A stretch of 63,821 bases of DNA, filler included, from Choristocarpus tenellus KU-1152 (Eukaryota; Protista; Phaeophyceae): the NCBI GenBank assembly GCA_964200185.2. It is 16 parts of 16 records of this genome, joined end to end, with 100 filler letters (N's around TTAATTAATTAA, not from the genome) between each part and the next. Parts side by side here need not be neighbours in the genome. Positions count along the whole stretch, not along the records: positions 37,040 to 40,839 come from CAXNAD020017852.1; positions 40,940 to 43,689 come from CAXNAD020025058.1; positions 43,790 to 46,613 come from CAXNAD020024440.1; positions 46,714 to 49,763 come from CAXNAD020022680.1; positions 49,864 to 53,876 come from CAXNAD020016670.1; 11 more parts are not named here. One strand, given 5' to 3'. The position numbers were made by a program, and so were the translations under genes. Every line of letters begins with the position of its first letter. Within the stretch, counting starts at the first letter, position 1. Below, piece after piece: positions 37,507 to 50,524 of the stretch. The notes under the pieces are model-generated. The model saw nothing but the letters and a program-made list of their open reading frames with translations. It was not told where the DNA came from and did no database searches.

Positions 37507-37767
37507 GAGTGAAGTATCTTAGAGGGTACGAGTTTTGCCCTGTTTGTCCATTTGGGGATTGGCTTCCCATGGGTTCTTTTACAACACTTTCCTACTCCAA
37601 AATGGTTCAGAGTAGTTCAAATATGTACATTATTACGAAAAGGTGTGTCCGGAACAGGGATATTGACACTTCCTAACAAACACAATAGCCAAAATTACAT
37701 CAAAATCACAACATTGGATTTGGGTCTCCAAATGGACACGGCTCTACCCTCCAAGATACTTTGGCTC
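37507..37767. mobile_element. MITE family B, TSD TCT
   Basis: tct|GAGTGAAGTATCTTAGAGGGTA ... TACCCTCCAAGATACTTTGGCTC|tct. Confidence 0.92.
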
Positions 37768-40574
37768 TCTGTTATTGTTGTTGTTGACCTCTGGTATCAT
37801 TTAGTGGTCCTTCTGCGATAAATAATGTTTTCCTTCTTGTGAGTACCACCTTAGATTGTCATTGTAGCCGCACATACACGTTTGGGATTTTGGTATCATG
37901 TTATAAAATATGCCGATTTAGGTCGAGAGAGTGTTGTTTGTTGTTACTGTTGCTGTGTAATGGGGCCTGTTTGTGTTGAAATGTTGTGTCAGCACACCTG
38001 GCAGCGAGTGGTTTGACATTGTGCATCTCTTCAACATTACATCCACCCAGTACTACCACTCCTACTTCAAGTATTAATTATCCATTACTATTTTTTCTAT
38101 TTTACTCATTTTTCTTTTTGATCTCAACTTTTTTCAACGACTGTACCAGTTAGATTATGGAGAGAGTGCCTAGAGTTTCAGATCAGACAACCTCAGGAAA
38201 ACAAAACCAATGCTAGTGCCAACAACATTTATGAAAACCTCTATCTGAGTCTATAGCCACTGCTGTCCCCATATCTACTCCTGTATATAGTTGGCCTGCT
38301 GTATGGGGAGTAAGGCAGGAAAAAAACAATTTTAAAGGTGTGGTGTGCTTGGTACTGGACTACACTATATCATACGACACCTGAAGGAGACCCCTCTACT
38401 GCAATTGCCTAGGTTGACCAAAACAAAGGTTTTGTACTCTATAGTAGCATTCTGTACTGTATATATTGGATATGTAGCGTATTACTTCGAGATATACATA
38501 TTTCTATATAGTTAAATATACCCAACCATTGATTACCGCATTGAAAAATGCACCAACAGTTTTTTTTCACCACGACAAACTTTCTGTAATTTGAACGATA
38601 TGGCACCCAACACGATATTGTGTTACAGCACGCTCCAAACCTTACCTCCACAGGATGTATACCTCCGATCCACAGGCCTATAGATGATGCTGATGCTCGT
38701 ACAAGGCTTCATGGATATTTCAACAGTCAAAGGTCCAACGAAGGTGATGAATATTAGGTCAGCAGATAGATAGGGGTACTCATATGAATCAATAAGTATG
38801 AATATGAGAATTGGTATCAGTTAAGAGTGAGTCATGTGGGGGCTTGAGCCGTTTGGGGTCTTTTATCGTCATTTACCGTTTTATTCTTATTTCAGTTTAC
38901 AGACGTTGAAATATATCTGAGAACCGTTACATACATTCCCAAGTTACAGATCTTACTCTGCAACCTTTAGCAAATCGGAGTTCCCCCCTTTAAGGTTCCA
39001 CGCCCGCGTCCACTGCTCGTGCTGGTTAAAACACAGGGATAAATACTTACACTATTCGCCTGTGACAGTTGTAACCCTTAACCCTAAGTCATATGGGAAA
39101 AGGGCGGGAGGGATAAATTGTATCACTCCTGGTCCATCTAATCCAAAACATCTAATTTACATACTTCAAAGTATCATGCAACGAAAGGGGACGCAAAAAC
39201 AGAAGGATAATCCCCCAAAAGGAGGCAATGTTAAGGAAAGAGCATAACCGACTGAGAGATAGGCAGGGTTACATTTTAAGGATCCCGAAAAAGGGCAAAA
39301 ATATGCCATTTTGTACCATTGTAGAAAGAACTTTGCTTACTTGTGGTGTCTTTGGAGGTGGAAAGGGGAATATCGGTTTTGCGTACACAACTGTGCACAT
39401 ACAGAGCAATGAAATAGAGTGCATTGCACGGGGTAAGAAAGATGGCTTTGCATGCAAAAGGTTCAAACGTGCCTACCTCTCAATTGGTTTTGCTCAAAGC
39501 AGCATCGAGCAGCGGTGGGTGTGCATTTGATCTGATTATCTATTTGGGTTACCTTGCCTGGTGCGATATTATACTTGGAAGAAATAACATGACATGCGTC
39601 AGCTCCCACAGCTTCCTTAGGATGTTACTTGTCCATGAAGCTGGTTGTACAACCCGACCACACAAGCATCATTTATACCATCATTTTTTTGTTTCTTGCC
39701 CCTACACTTATTCCTCACTAAGCCCTGAAACTTACACAGCATACATACAAGTGCATCCCATAACAATCGAGCAATACATGTATTATTAATAGTAAATATC
39801 CTATGTAAGATGGCAGTCTGAAATATGCTCAGTCTGGAGTAGTAGTTGCAAATAAGGACATTTAAAATCTCAGAATATTTGAGAAGATCACGAGCTAAAC
39901 ATTTCATCTGTTGATTATCTGGTCGTGCAAATAATGCACGCTGCACCAAGTGCTCCAAGCTTCCTTCCTCCAGCACTCAGCGCCCTCTCACAGTAATTTA
40001 GCGACAGCCGGCGCACTGTGTGTACAATACAGTTAAATTGACCCAATTTAAAGCTGTTTTTTGTTGATCAACAAAAAAAATGTTACATCATTCTGTTCAC
40101 AACGCCGATATAAGTATGTACTTCGTATCATATCTGTAATATCTATACCCAAAAGAATGCGAAACAAATATTACCACCTAACTAACTCCCATTAATAAAA
40201 AGCGGCCTCTTATTGCCACATTTTGCTTTGCGAAAATGATGGAGTCATTGTTTCGTATGTAGTAAGTCCAAAACACCTTGGCTTTTTAAGACAAAGTACT
40301 TGATACAATAATGAATACCACATAAAGTGGTACCAGTACCTTTGCCCTCTGGGGCTGCCCCGTCATAACATTTGATGTAGACATCGGATAAAAAAAACTA
40401 AAAGCATAGTCGTGATGCCCGTCACAATGCCCTCCGGAGTGCGGGCTTCGTTTTTTTCGTCATTTTTTCTTTTTTTGAAGAAAGACCGCTCATCTTGGGG
40501 CTCGAACCATGGCTTGGAGGTCACCAAGAGTGGCAACAAATACACAATTACTTGGTTAAAGTATAGGGTTTAGG

Positions 40575-40839
40575 GAAAAAGCTTCCCCACCCTTTCTTCC
40601 TGTGTGCTCACGCACCCACTCTTTGACCTCAACAAGGATGACTCGTCGAGGCCCAGCACGAAACGCCTCTCATAGCGCCCTTGCTCCGACAGCTTCATGT
40701 AACCCTTAGTTAGGAAGTCTCTCTCCCATTTACTCACAGTTTCTGGCCTGACCATTGCATATCCTGCTGCCATCTCGAGCGCTGTTTGACAGTCGTTTCC
40801 GTTGTTCATACACACGTACAGGATTCGCAGTGTTAGAAC
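40575..40839 (-). mobile_element. IS630/Tc1-mariner-like transposase N-terminal (HTH) remnant
   Basis: TALEMAAGYAMVRPETVSKWERDFLTKGYMKLSEQGRY resembles the HTH 'tv.kW...f...G....s.qG' segment; homologous to 42820-42990. Confidence 0.45.
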
Positions 40840-41099
40840 NNNNNNNNNNNNNNNNNNNNNNNNNNNNNNNNNNNNNNNNNNNNTTAATTAATTAANNNNN
40901 NNNNNNNNNNNNNNNNNNNNNNNNNNNNNNNNNNNNNNNGGGGGAGTCTCACCCTCCATGCTGCTTTCACAACCCTTTGAGGCAGCGTAATCCATATGAA
41001 AGCAGGTGTCCACAATGCCATCACAGAACCCTGAGTGCACCTCAGTCCTTCACTAAGGTATGGGTTTGTCCACTGTTGGCATATATGTTGAAATTGGGT

Positions 41100-42215
41100 C
41101 GACCTAGCCATATCAGTGAAGTGATCCACTATAGGGTTAGGTAGGTTTCCTCTTCTTTATACCACTTGTAACCTCTATTCCAGCTCCTCTTCCACCTCCG
41201 AGGTCGCCATCTTTTTCCCCCAAAGGCAAGCAATAGGGAATATTCCCATCGGATTGAATGGAACTACAAAATCACATAGGCTAAGGTCGCAATGTTGAGC
41301 CAGATGGCTTGTTCGAGGTGAATGGCTACGTCCCCTTGATATTTGCTGGTTATTGGTCGCTCCCCTATTCCTTGTGGTGAACCTTTTTGGGTAGCTTTCG
41401 ACCAATTCTTGGGAAGACTGTACTTCATCTTCACAATATCCTTGACACTTATGAGGGAGGAGGATCGGGATGGTCCTGAGCCTGGGAACAAACAGACCAC
41501 TTATGTGGAGCTAGGAAACCTTTTGGGGGGGCACAAGGCTGGGGATGAGTCGCTCAAGTCGTAAGAGATCTGCTCCAAGCGACTGAAATGGCGCTGTCGC
41601 TCTTGGTACGTGTCCATCGGCACACTAATCAAGAAATCATCTGGCTTGTGGTCACTCCACACATCGTTCTCCTTTGTCCACTACGCACCAAGAGCGAGAG
41701 CGCAGTTTCGCTTACCTCCATACAGGTTCACCAACTCATCCCCACCTTCTTAACCCCCCAAATGTTTTCGTAGCTCCGCAGCAGTGGTCTGTTTGCTCCC
41801 AAGGCCAGGACCCATCCCGATCCCCCCCAAAGGATACTGTGAAGATGAAGTACAAAGTAAATCCAGAATTCGTCGAAACGTAGTGAACAGGTTCACCGCA
41901 AGGGAGAAAGGAAAACCCAATCACCAGTCAATATCGACCGTTTCGCCCACTTCTACTTCTGCAGGCTGTATCTGCCCTCAAGCAGACGCAGCCTTTCGCT
42001 TGGAACTAGTTCTCTGGCTAGCCATGGCGGTGCTAGCCTTCGCAATGTTTTGGTTCCATTCGATGCGACGGTGTATATCTTATTGCTTGCCTTTGGGGTC
42101 AAGAGATGGCAACCTCAGACGCGGAAGAAGAGTCGAAATAGAGGTTACAGATGGTATACAAAAAACGAAACCTACCCAACCCTTTAGTGGATCAATTCAC
42201 TGATGTGGTTCGATC
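41100..42215. repeat. ~1.1-kb imperfect inverted repeat (arms ~510-530 bp, loop ~70 bp)
   Basis: Examples: ccaaaggcaagcaata (41220) vs tattgcttgcctttgg (42081); gtacttcatcttcaca (41420) vs tgtgaagatgaagtac (41838); tcgctcttggt (41597) vs accaagagcga (41688). Confidence 0.9.
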
Positions 42216-42819
42216 GGGCGACTGGCAACATGTATTCTGGCAACATAGATTCCATTAGTGGATAAAAGGATATGTTGGTGAAACCATGAGGCAACCTTGT
42301 CCGAAGAAGATAGGACAATTGTAAGGTGTACCCTGTTTCGTGTATTTCTGATTTTACCATTACATTAACCACCACTAGTTCCTTTCCAAACAAAAATACA
42401 TGAAATTACAGGTATAGTCGTACCTCTTCTTGTAGCGCCCTGTTCGTAGATAGTGCTGCTGATACACGTAGACACCACCGGTGGATTAGATAATAGTATG
42501 GAGACCCAGTAACAGATATATTATATGTACTGACTCATAGTGTGGATTGGTTTTAGATAATGTTCAAGATACACCTCCTATACTTAAGTTAAGTAAATAA
42601 GTAATTCAATTCATAGTAAATTAGTGTGGACGGTTACAAACCCCACACTATAGAGAAATGATGGTAATTAAGGCTAGAGTCTCACCCACGATCTCAGTGA
42701 GCGGAATCAAGACCACAAAGGCCCTTGTAATATATTATCATTGTTCATCTATATCAAGCTGTTCTTTGTCCTTCATTAAAGCACCATAAAAGCCGCGGGT
42801 CCAGTGTGGGATAGTTCAA

Positions 42820-43520
42820 CACGCCCTTGCTCCTACACCTTGATATGGCCCTTAGTGTTAGGAAGTCTCTCTCTCATTCACTCACAGTTTCCGACCTTAC
42901 CGTCGCATATCCTGCTGCCATTTCGAAAGCCGTTCAACGGCCTTTCCCGTCATTCATACATAGGTAGAGGATTCGCACTGTTAGAGCCCTTACTATCACA
43001 TTCCCTCTTTGAGCGCCAGAAATGGGCGTCGTCCGTGTTTCCTGGGCGGGAGATATTTATCATCAAGGCGCAAGGGCGAGAGAGGACAAGCTTTAGTTGA
43101 TCAAAAATTGTGTTGATTTCCCGAATGAATGTAGGCGGGGGGGGAGAAAGCCTTAAATCAACTTTATACGTCCAACCCTAAGTCCAGGAACAAAAGTGAA
43201 TGTACGGCATATTGTAAGAAGCAGGAGACATCAAACCATTGGTGTGCAAATAGTCTCAATCTCCCCTCTTCTTCTTCCCTGGCGTCCTTGTCGATGGCTA
43301 ACTCCACCTGCTTCGCGACCCCTTCTAAGTAGAGGATTCGGTGGTATCGAAAAGTCTCCACAACTGCCTTTGTTACGATAGCTTTCTCGTCCACCTTGCG
43401 AACCCTTTCGACCTTCTTTCGGGCTTCAGAGCCCTTGTAGCCCAAAACTAACACCTGCTTTCTCGTTTCCTTAAGACACTCCGGCTCGCACAGCTTCCAA
43501 ACAGCCAGGGCCTGCTGCAA
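42820..43520 (-). mobile_element. Second degenerate copy of the Tc1/IS630-like element with upstream coding remnant
   Basis: LCMNDGKGR*TAFEMAAGYATVRSETVSE*ERDFLT matches 40575-40839; the 118-aa frame at 43164-43520 is on the same strand upstream. Confidence 0.45.
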
Positions 43521-45052
43521 TTGTCAACTACTAAGATATTCTACACCCGAGTTTTCGTTTTGGCGTTTCCTGAGCGCAATGGCACGCAGTTGCATTGCCC
43601 TCTTCCCCAACCTTCAGTTAAAGTATCCCCAAAATCATCAAAGAGGATAAAGGTGATAAACCCGGCGAGATTGCTTGGTGTCTGTAGAGNNNNNNNNNNN
43701 NNNNNNNNNNNNNNNNNNNNNNNNNNNNNNNNNTTAATTAATTAANNNNNNNNNNNNNNNNNNNNNNNNNNNNNNNNNNNNNNNNNNNNTTTTTTTTTTT
43801 TTTTTTTTGTGTGTTTCCTCCCCCCCCCCCCCCCCCCCCACCCCACATCCCATGCACGCACTCATTTTTTTTTCTGTGCGATTACACACACACACATGTT
43901 TTTCTCAATTTTATTTCAAGATACACACACACACGCACACACACATATATATATATATATATTTATTTGTTGTTGAAAGGTTGGTGGTGTTTTGAGTGGG
44001 TTGCACTTGCTGCTTGCCGCCCTCTTGGCAATGGCATGGCGGCGGCAAACAGAAGTGATACGTTTTTGAACGAAGATGACGAGAGGCAGAAGGGGGAAGT
44101 GAAATTGTTCACCTCATTTGTAACGGTGGCGTCGGTTGTCAATGGGGGTGATTTGGAGACCTTTAAAAAACAAACAAACACCAAGATGAATAGTATTTTT
44201 TTTTTGTTCCTCTGAGTCTCCTGTCTAAAAAAAAAAAAAAACGAAAATAATGTTGCAGAATTGTATTGGAAAAATTTTCGGAAACCCCTACCACTGTAGA
44301 ATGAACTGTATATATCTAATCTATATTTTGGTGGTGGTTTTTTGGGGTGACTATTATGCAGTGGAGTTGGTCAGGTGGGGGGTGCAGGAGGAGGCTGTGT
44401 GTTGTGGGGTGTTGTTTGCGTGTGAGGGTGAACTTAAGAGGATGCGTCCATTGAAGTAGACCATGCGTGCGTGCATAGAAAGCCATATGTGTCTGTGTGT
44501 CTTGAGCAAGGAATTTTTGTTTGGTTCAACGAGAAATAGTAGAGTTTTATTGGGACCCAAATGCTTTTTTTGTCTTTGTTTTGTCAGTTTAACTTTTTTT
44601 TATGAGAATGTCTATGAGTTTTTCATTGCACCATCACTGCTGCGAAAGGAATTGATAAGAGTTAAGCCCTTCAGTGCAGTGGTGATGCATGAGAGCAAAG
44701 GAGACCATTCCCCCCCCCCCCTCCCTGCTTCCCCTCCCAACCACTAACGTGGCCAACGTCGAGGGTCGTCTTGGTCAACGTTGCCTTTTGGTTTATTGGT
44801 CTTTGACAGAAGCTTCAAACAGGCGGGGGCGGTAGCACATGTATGATATATCATTGCAATATCGTTGGCAGTTGGTTAGGGCAAGTAAAATGCTTTTTTT
44901 TTTTTCAGAGGTTGCCGTAGGGGCGGGGAGGGAGGGAGGGGGGGGGGGGGGGGGGGGGGGGGGGATCGATATATTCAAGGCTATTCTCAGTAATGATACA
45001 TTGTACATTGCGTGTGCTCTTCCCCTTTTCTATCTTGACCTTGGTTGTCCAG

Positions 45053-45173
45053 AAAACGGAGCGTCATATCTACCTTGTCCTAGAGTATTGCGCAGGCGGT
45101 GATCTTCGAGCCCTGATTCAAAAGGAAGGAAGGCTTCAAGAGTCGGCAGCTAGGCACTTCATGCGGCACTTGG
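45053..45173 (+). CDS. ATG1: Internal exon of an ATG1/ULK-like Ser/Thr kinase
   Basis: gtccag|KTERHIYLVLEYCAGGDLRALIQKEGRLQESAARHFMRHL|gtatg. Kinase subdomains IV-VIa with the IYLVLEYC.GGDL...A..FM..L pattern typical of ATG1. Confidence 0.75.
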
Positions 45174-45959
45174 GTATGTTTTTATTTTTTTTTATAGTGC
45201 AGTTATTGACGCCACAGGGTATACCCCCTTCCGTCCCGTTCCATCCCTGCCCTCCTCCTCCTCCTCCTATCGCGTTTTGCCAGCTGCGGCAGGGGGGACG
45301 AGACTTGTGTTTGATTGACTATAGATGGGTCCCTTTTTGATGACTAATGTTTTTTTTTTATTGTGTTGAAATTTCTAGGCAATTTGTTTTGGTGTGTTTC
45401 TCTTCTATTGTTGTTGTGGCTCTTAAGATCTATCTGTGCAGTGTTTTGTGCTTCTAAAGTGTGTACTATATTATTGTATTGCTGCCGTGAGAGTGGATGC
45501 TTTGAGAGGGGGAATGGAGGCTCCTTCAGGTTGTGCACTTACCTCATTCATTGGTGTAAACATGGTTAATGAACGATAAATGTGGTTAATGAATGGCAGT
45601 GCAAGCAAGCATATCATAACCTGGATATTCACCTCCCCCGTTGTCCCAACCGTAAAGTAGTGATTTAATAAGATTCTAGATTTAAATGTGTACGTAGAAC
45701 AATAATATGGGGAAAAAAAGAAAATTTGTACGTAGAACAAGGCTGCGGGGTATGATTTTTTATTAGCCAATAGAATAGTGCGTATTCCACACAAGTTCTA
45801 TAATTGTTCCGATCCAATCCCTTGGGTTTCTAATACTTGGAAGTACTATCGTTTCTATTTTTTTATTTCTCACCAGCAATGCAATGGGATTATGTGACAG
45901 GATCTAATAACCCAACCGAGTATGTTGAGTGCATGCTACAATAATACACAGTATATTGA

Positions 45960-46225
45960 GAGTGAAAGTGTCTTAGAGGGTACGAGTTTTGCCCTGTTTG
46001 TCCATTTTGGGGCTTGGCTGTAACTGCCTACGTGTTTTAAATGGTATTTTACCTGGTCCAAAATATTTTGGAGTAGGTAGAATGTATACGTTGTGAATAG
46101 GAGTGTCCGGAACAAGGATATTGACATCTCCCAACAAAAATGGTAGCCAAGATTACATCAGAATTGCAACATTGGATTTTGGCCCCTAAATGGATGCGGC
46201 TCTACCGTCTAAGATACGTTGGCTA
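45960..46225. mobile_element. MITE family B (intronic)
   Basis: GAGTGAAAGTGTCTTAGAGGGTA ... TACCGTCTAAGATACGTTGGCTA with the family B interior. Confidence 0.85.
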
Positions 46226-47386
46226 TACGTTGAGGTAATGACACGATGACATTGATGGTTCAATGTTTGAATCGATATCGTTAATGTTTTAATGTTAGCA
46301 ATGGTGATGTTAACAGTGGTAGTAATAACATGATGTGAATGTAATGGTAATAGTGATGCAAAATTAGCCCTGTTCAGTCTTCTTTCAATATCTATAGGGC
46401 ATCATTGCTACGTGTATACCACACGACCATGCTGCTGTATTCAGTTTGTTTACATACCGACTGCATTAGTACTGTGCAATAATAACATATTCTTTCCACC
46501 TGGCCTTACACTAATCCACTACTGAAATCCAAACAATAGTATTTTTGACACAAAACGTGGACCCCCCCCCCCCCCCCCCCCCCCCCCCCAAACACACCAA
46601 TCCCTATCACCTCNNNNNNNNNNNNNNNNNNNNNNNNNNNNNNNNNNNNNNNNNNNNTTAATTAATTAANNNNNNNNNNNNNNNNNNNNNNNNNNNNNNN
46701 NNNNNNNNNNNNNGTGGGGAACTGGCTTTTTTTTTTTTTAACTGGCGCGCGCGTGTAGCATCCCTGGGGCGGGGGGGGGAGGGGGCGGTTCTTGTAGCGA
46801 TAAAGAGACCTACTGAGATTCTCAGGTAGCCTTGAAATGATTTGTTTTAGTTTTTTTTAAGACCCCCTACGAATTATATTGAAAATCTCATTTCCATCTT
46901 GCGTGTTTGGGTTAGGGTTGTCTTGTGTGTGTATAGGTAGTCTGCTCCGTAAAATGTTTTGTTTCAGCTGATGCTGAAGTAATGTGTGTGCTCCTTTTTG
47001 TTAACATTTGTAGGTTACATAGTAAGTGACATCAATCAATCAATCATCAACTAGCGTGTCAATCGGGAAAGTCCGTTTATATCATGGAGAGCCGTTTTTT
47101 TTTCCCGGGGCACTGATGTACCGTCGTGTCGTCCTGTCTATATTTGTCACCTTTTTGTACCCTCTCCAGCGTAAGAAAGTGTGCTATCCAGTTCGACAGA
47201 GGGAGGCGTTTTGGTCGCATACATCGCCTCCCAAGTGTACTGTAATTGTTTCTTTCTTCTGAGGAGCCACCACCTTGTCGTAGCTTAGTCCTCCCTCTCC
47301 CTTACCGCAATACACCCCTTGCAATGGCTGGAGGCGTATTGATAGAGCAGTCTCTTAATAAATGTATTGATGTCTTCCACGAGCAG

Positions 47387-49327
47387 GCGTTGCAGGAGTC
47401 TGGTCAGACAGACCTCCCGGATATGGCACCAAGGAGGCTGTTTGGAGACCCTCTGGACAAGGATTTCCTAGCCGAAAGGCGTATTGTGAGTAATTACACT
47501 TCTGCCACAGGTGTTACAAGTGTTAATGAAAATATTTGGGGGGGGGGTACCTATTTGGTGTTCTATCAGGGATACGAGGGTCTAGTATTTTTCTAGCACC
47601 TGTAATTGGGGTGTGGGCAGTGGGGGGTGTATGACTGTCTTATGAGGGTATAGTTTTTTGTTGACGATATAGGGTATTTGTTGCATTGTGCTGTGTTCAT
47701 TGTCAAAAACTGTTAAAACTGTTTGTGTGCCAAATTCAATATGTTTTGCATTGGGTTTATGTGAAGCAAATTTCTTTTCAGTTTCTGCTTTTTTACCTGC
47801 CTCAACTGTTCTACAGGTGTGGTCTTGTCTAGGATTACTTTAGCTTTGGTGTTCAGACGGATTGCTATGGCTCTCTTTGCCTAGCAACCTTGATTTTTTT
47901 CTTATCAAATGATCTAGGAGTACCAAGAAATTTGCATGCGTTGTGAAGAGGTCAGACCGTCTGTGTGCCCCGTTGAGGCGTTTGGCAAACACAACTCCAT
48001 TAGAGTCAGAAGATGCAAGCAGCCAGTGGTGTTAATCATGCGATGTTATTTCTGGTCAGTTTTCCTTGATTTTCGGTGATGTTCTGCCATTCAGGGGGGG
48101 GCAGGGGGGGGGGGTGTACTTTGTGGGAGTTTGTTCCCTTGCCTAAGAATGATGGGTGACGTAGCAGGTGAAGTGAGTCATTGGATGTACGTTAGTGCTG
48201 AGTATGAAGAATTGATGAGTGTCTAATGTATTCCCAAGTAGATCCTACTATTTTGTGTTTGTTGTTCACCTGTGTGTCTCTGCCCCTCCTCTCATCCTCT
48301 CACCTGTCTTGATTTGCCTTTCCACAGCAATTGGATATGTACCTGGCGGCCATCCTCAGCACACGCCAACACTGGCTTGTGGAAAACCCGACGAAGATGG
48401 AGATCCGTATGGATGTGGGGCGAGGCATGATGAAGGAGATGATGGCCCGACAGGTGAGTGGGAAGGGGGGGGCAGCGGCAAGGGAGACTACGAATCTAAC
48501 CCTAACCCTAACCCTAACCTTTGTGAAATTGTGACGAGGAAGTTCACTCTCTCCTTGATCATCCATTGGAAATTTTATGTGTTTTTTTTTCCTGTTGGGA
48601 CACAAACTGTATTCCACTACCTGTGAATAGAAACACCAGACTGGTTTGGAAAACAGTTCTCTCTTGGAGTCCATGGAATTTTTAAGTCTGTGCGTTTTGT
48701 ATTGGTTCAGTGTAGGGGGTGGCTGACTGGTCTGGTATGGATTGAAGAAGGACAAGTAGAGACCCTATTACTTTTTAGTAGATGGTGTGGGGGGGGGGGG
48801 GCTTACAGAAATCTTTTGGGCATACGCTCTTTGAAAAGAAAAAAAAAAAAATGGGGGGGGGGTGNNNNNNNNNNGGTCTGTAATGGATTAAAAAAGGCCA
48901 AGTACAACCCCTTTTACTTTTTAGTAGATGGTGTGGGGGGGGGGGGCTTACAGTAATCTGTTGAGCATACGCTCTTTGAAAAGAAATAAAATAAAATGGT
49001 GGTGGGTTGTAGAGGTTTCGCTCACGGCAGGCCTGCTCCGTTGAAGGAAAAACGGATGTCTGGCAAAGGTCATCTTCAAGTAGCTGAGTTTTTGTAGTGG
49101 TGGCGGTGGAAGCATTATGAAGACAGCAACAAGTCTATGAATTGGTCGGGTGCGTTAGAGGGATAGGACTGTTCACAGTCAATTGTACCTAAATTGACTT
49201 AACGTACCCCTTTTGACGCTGCTCTACATGTGCTGTCATCTTGGCTTGACTTCCTTCCATCCTTCCTCTCCTTTGACATTGAAGGCCCTTGTAGCGTTTC
49301 TGAATCCCAGCCAGGGGTCGCTGCAGC
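47387..49327 (+). CDS. PX (Phox homology) domain protein, internal exons
   Basis: Exons 47387-47485, 48328-48453 and probably 49285-49327 splice in phase 0 to LPDMAPRRLFGDPLDKDFLAERRI|QLDMYLAAIL...|ALVAFL, matching PX lP.lP.k..fg..d..f.eeRr..Le.YL..il...fL. Confidence 0.75.
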
Positions 49328-49863
49328 GTGAGGACGACTCTATCATGTCGGCTATGTCTGGTCTGTTCAGAGGCTTCCGCTGATGGGGGAGAGGTTGGAA
49401 GAGGAGAATGGGGGAGGGTAGGGCTGGGGAGAGGGGGGGGGGGGGGGGGGGGGGGAGGGCCGGGGCGGGGGGACTGCCACCAGATATACTGTGTTTTTTT
49501 GGTAGATTCTCACAGGTCGTTTTTGTTGGCCATCAGGGTAGGACTAGAAAGCTAGGTACGAGGTAGTGGGAGGCTATAGCATGGACTGCGGATTGTTTTG
49601 TGAGCTTGAATGGGGTGCTTTAGGTCATCCCCTTTGGCAACCCCTACTGCCTCAGAAGTGCAAAAGCTGCATAGGGCCTGTGGCTAGCTGCTCGGGCATG
49701 CTATAGATTGCAATTTCTGGGGGGATGGGGTAGCGGGGTTATGGGGTATGGGGTGTTGTGCCCNNNNNNNNNNNNNNNNNNNNNNNNNNNNNNNNNNNNN
49801 NNNNNNNTTAATTAATTAANNNNNNNNNNNNNNNNNNNNNNNNNNNNNNNNNNNNNNNNNNNN

Positions 49864-50524
49864 TATCGCGGACAGGAAGCTCGAAGCAGCCTGCCCACAT
49901 CACAGGAGGCCAACAGGGGAGGGGATGGGTGGACAGGTTGTGAAGACGTCGTGGTTGGCAGGAGAAAGCCAATTCAACCTTGAAGTAGCGAAATCCCACC
50001 AGACTGCAGAGTAACAGCAACAACCAGGTCTTACCGACATGCACGTCTCGCTGCAGTACCTCCAAGCATTCTCTTCTCTATCCATGATCTTCATCTCGTT
50101 CACGACTATCCTGTACTTCCCACGCTCCCATGCTGACAACGAGGTTCTGCAAAGGGGCCACCCACATATTCCCTCGGCCTCACTTTTCTCAATGATAATA
50201 TCTTCGAGATGCGATGGAAGAAACCACACTACGCATTCGCGTAATCGTTCCCATGTGACATCTTCCTCTAGCAAGGATGATTGGAGCTGGAAAATCTGTG
50301 ACAGAGGTGAGGACCTGCAAGTAAGGACGAGAGTCTTCCACCAACACGAGTTGCGACAAAAATATAAATCACCCAAGCTTCATGCATTAGACATTAGATT
50401 AGAGTTCATTCACCTAGTGGATTATAGGCCATTCACCTAGCAGGGGTAGGGTGAAGGTGATCACCTTTGAATCAATGGCCCTCTTCGTCGCCGCGGTCAC
50501 ATCTAATCCACCAGAGAGTACCAT
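49864..50524 (-). CDS. RPAP2: RNA polymerase II CTD phosphatase RPAP2/Rtr1 homolog, first three exons
   Basis: Exons 50524-50465 (ATG), 50295-50035 and 49890-gap. PSHLEDIIIEKS..GICGWPLC...GKYRI...YCSETCMS|AASSFL is the Rtr1/RPAP2 zinc-finger motif. Confidence 0.85.

Noticed and set aside
48497-48519. True telomere
   Set aside because: Only about four CCCTAA units, inside an intron of the PX-domain gene.
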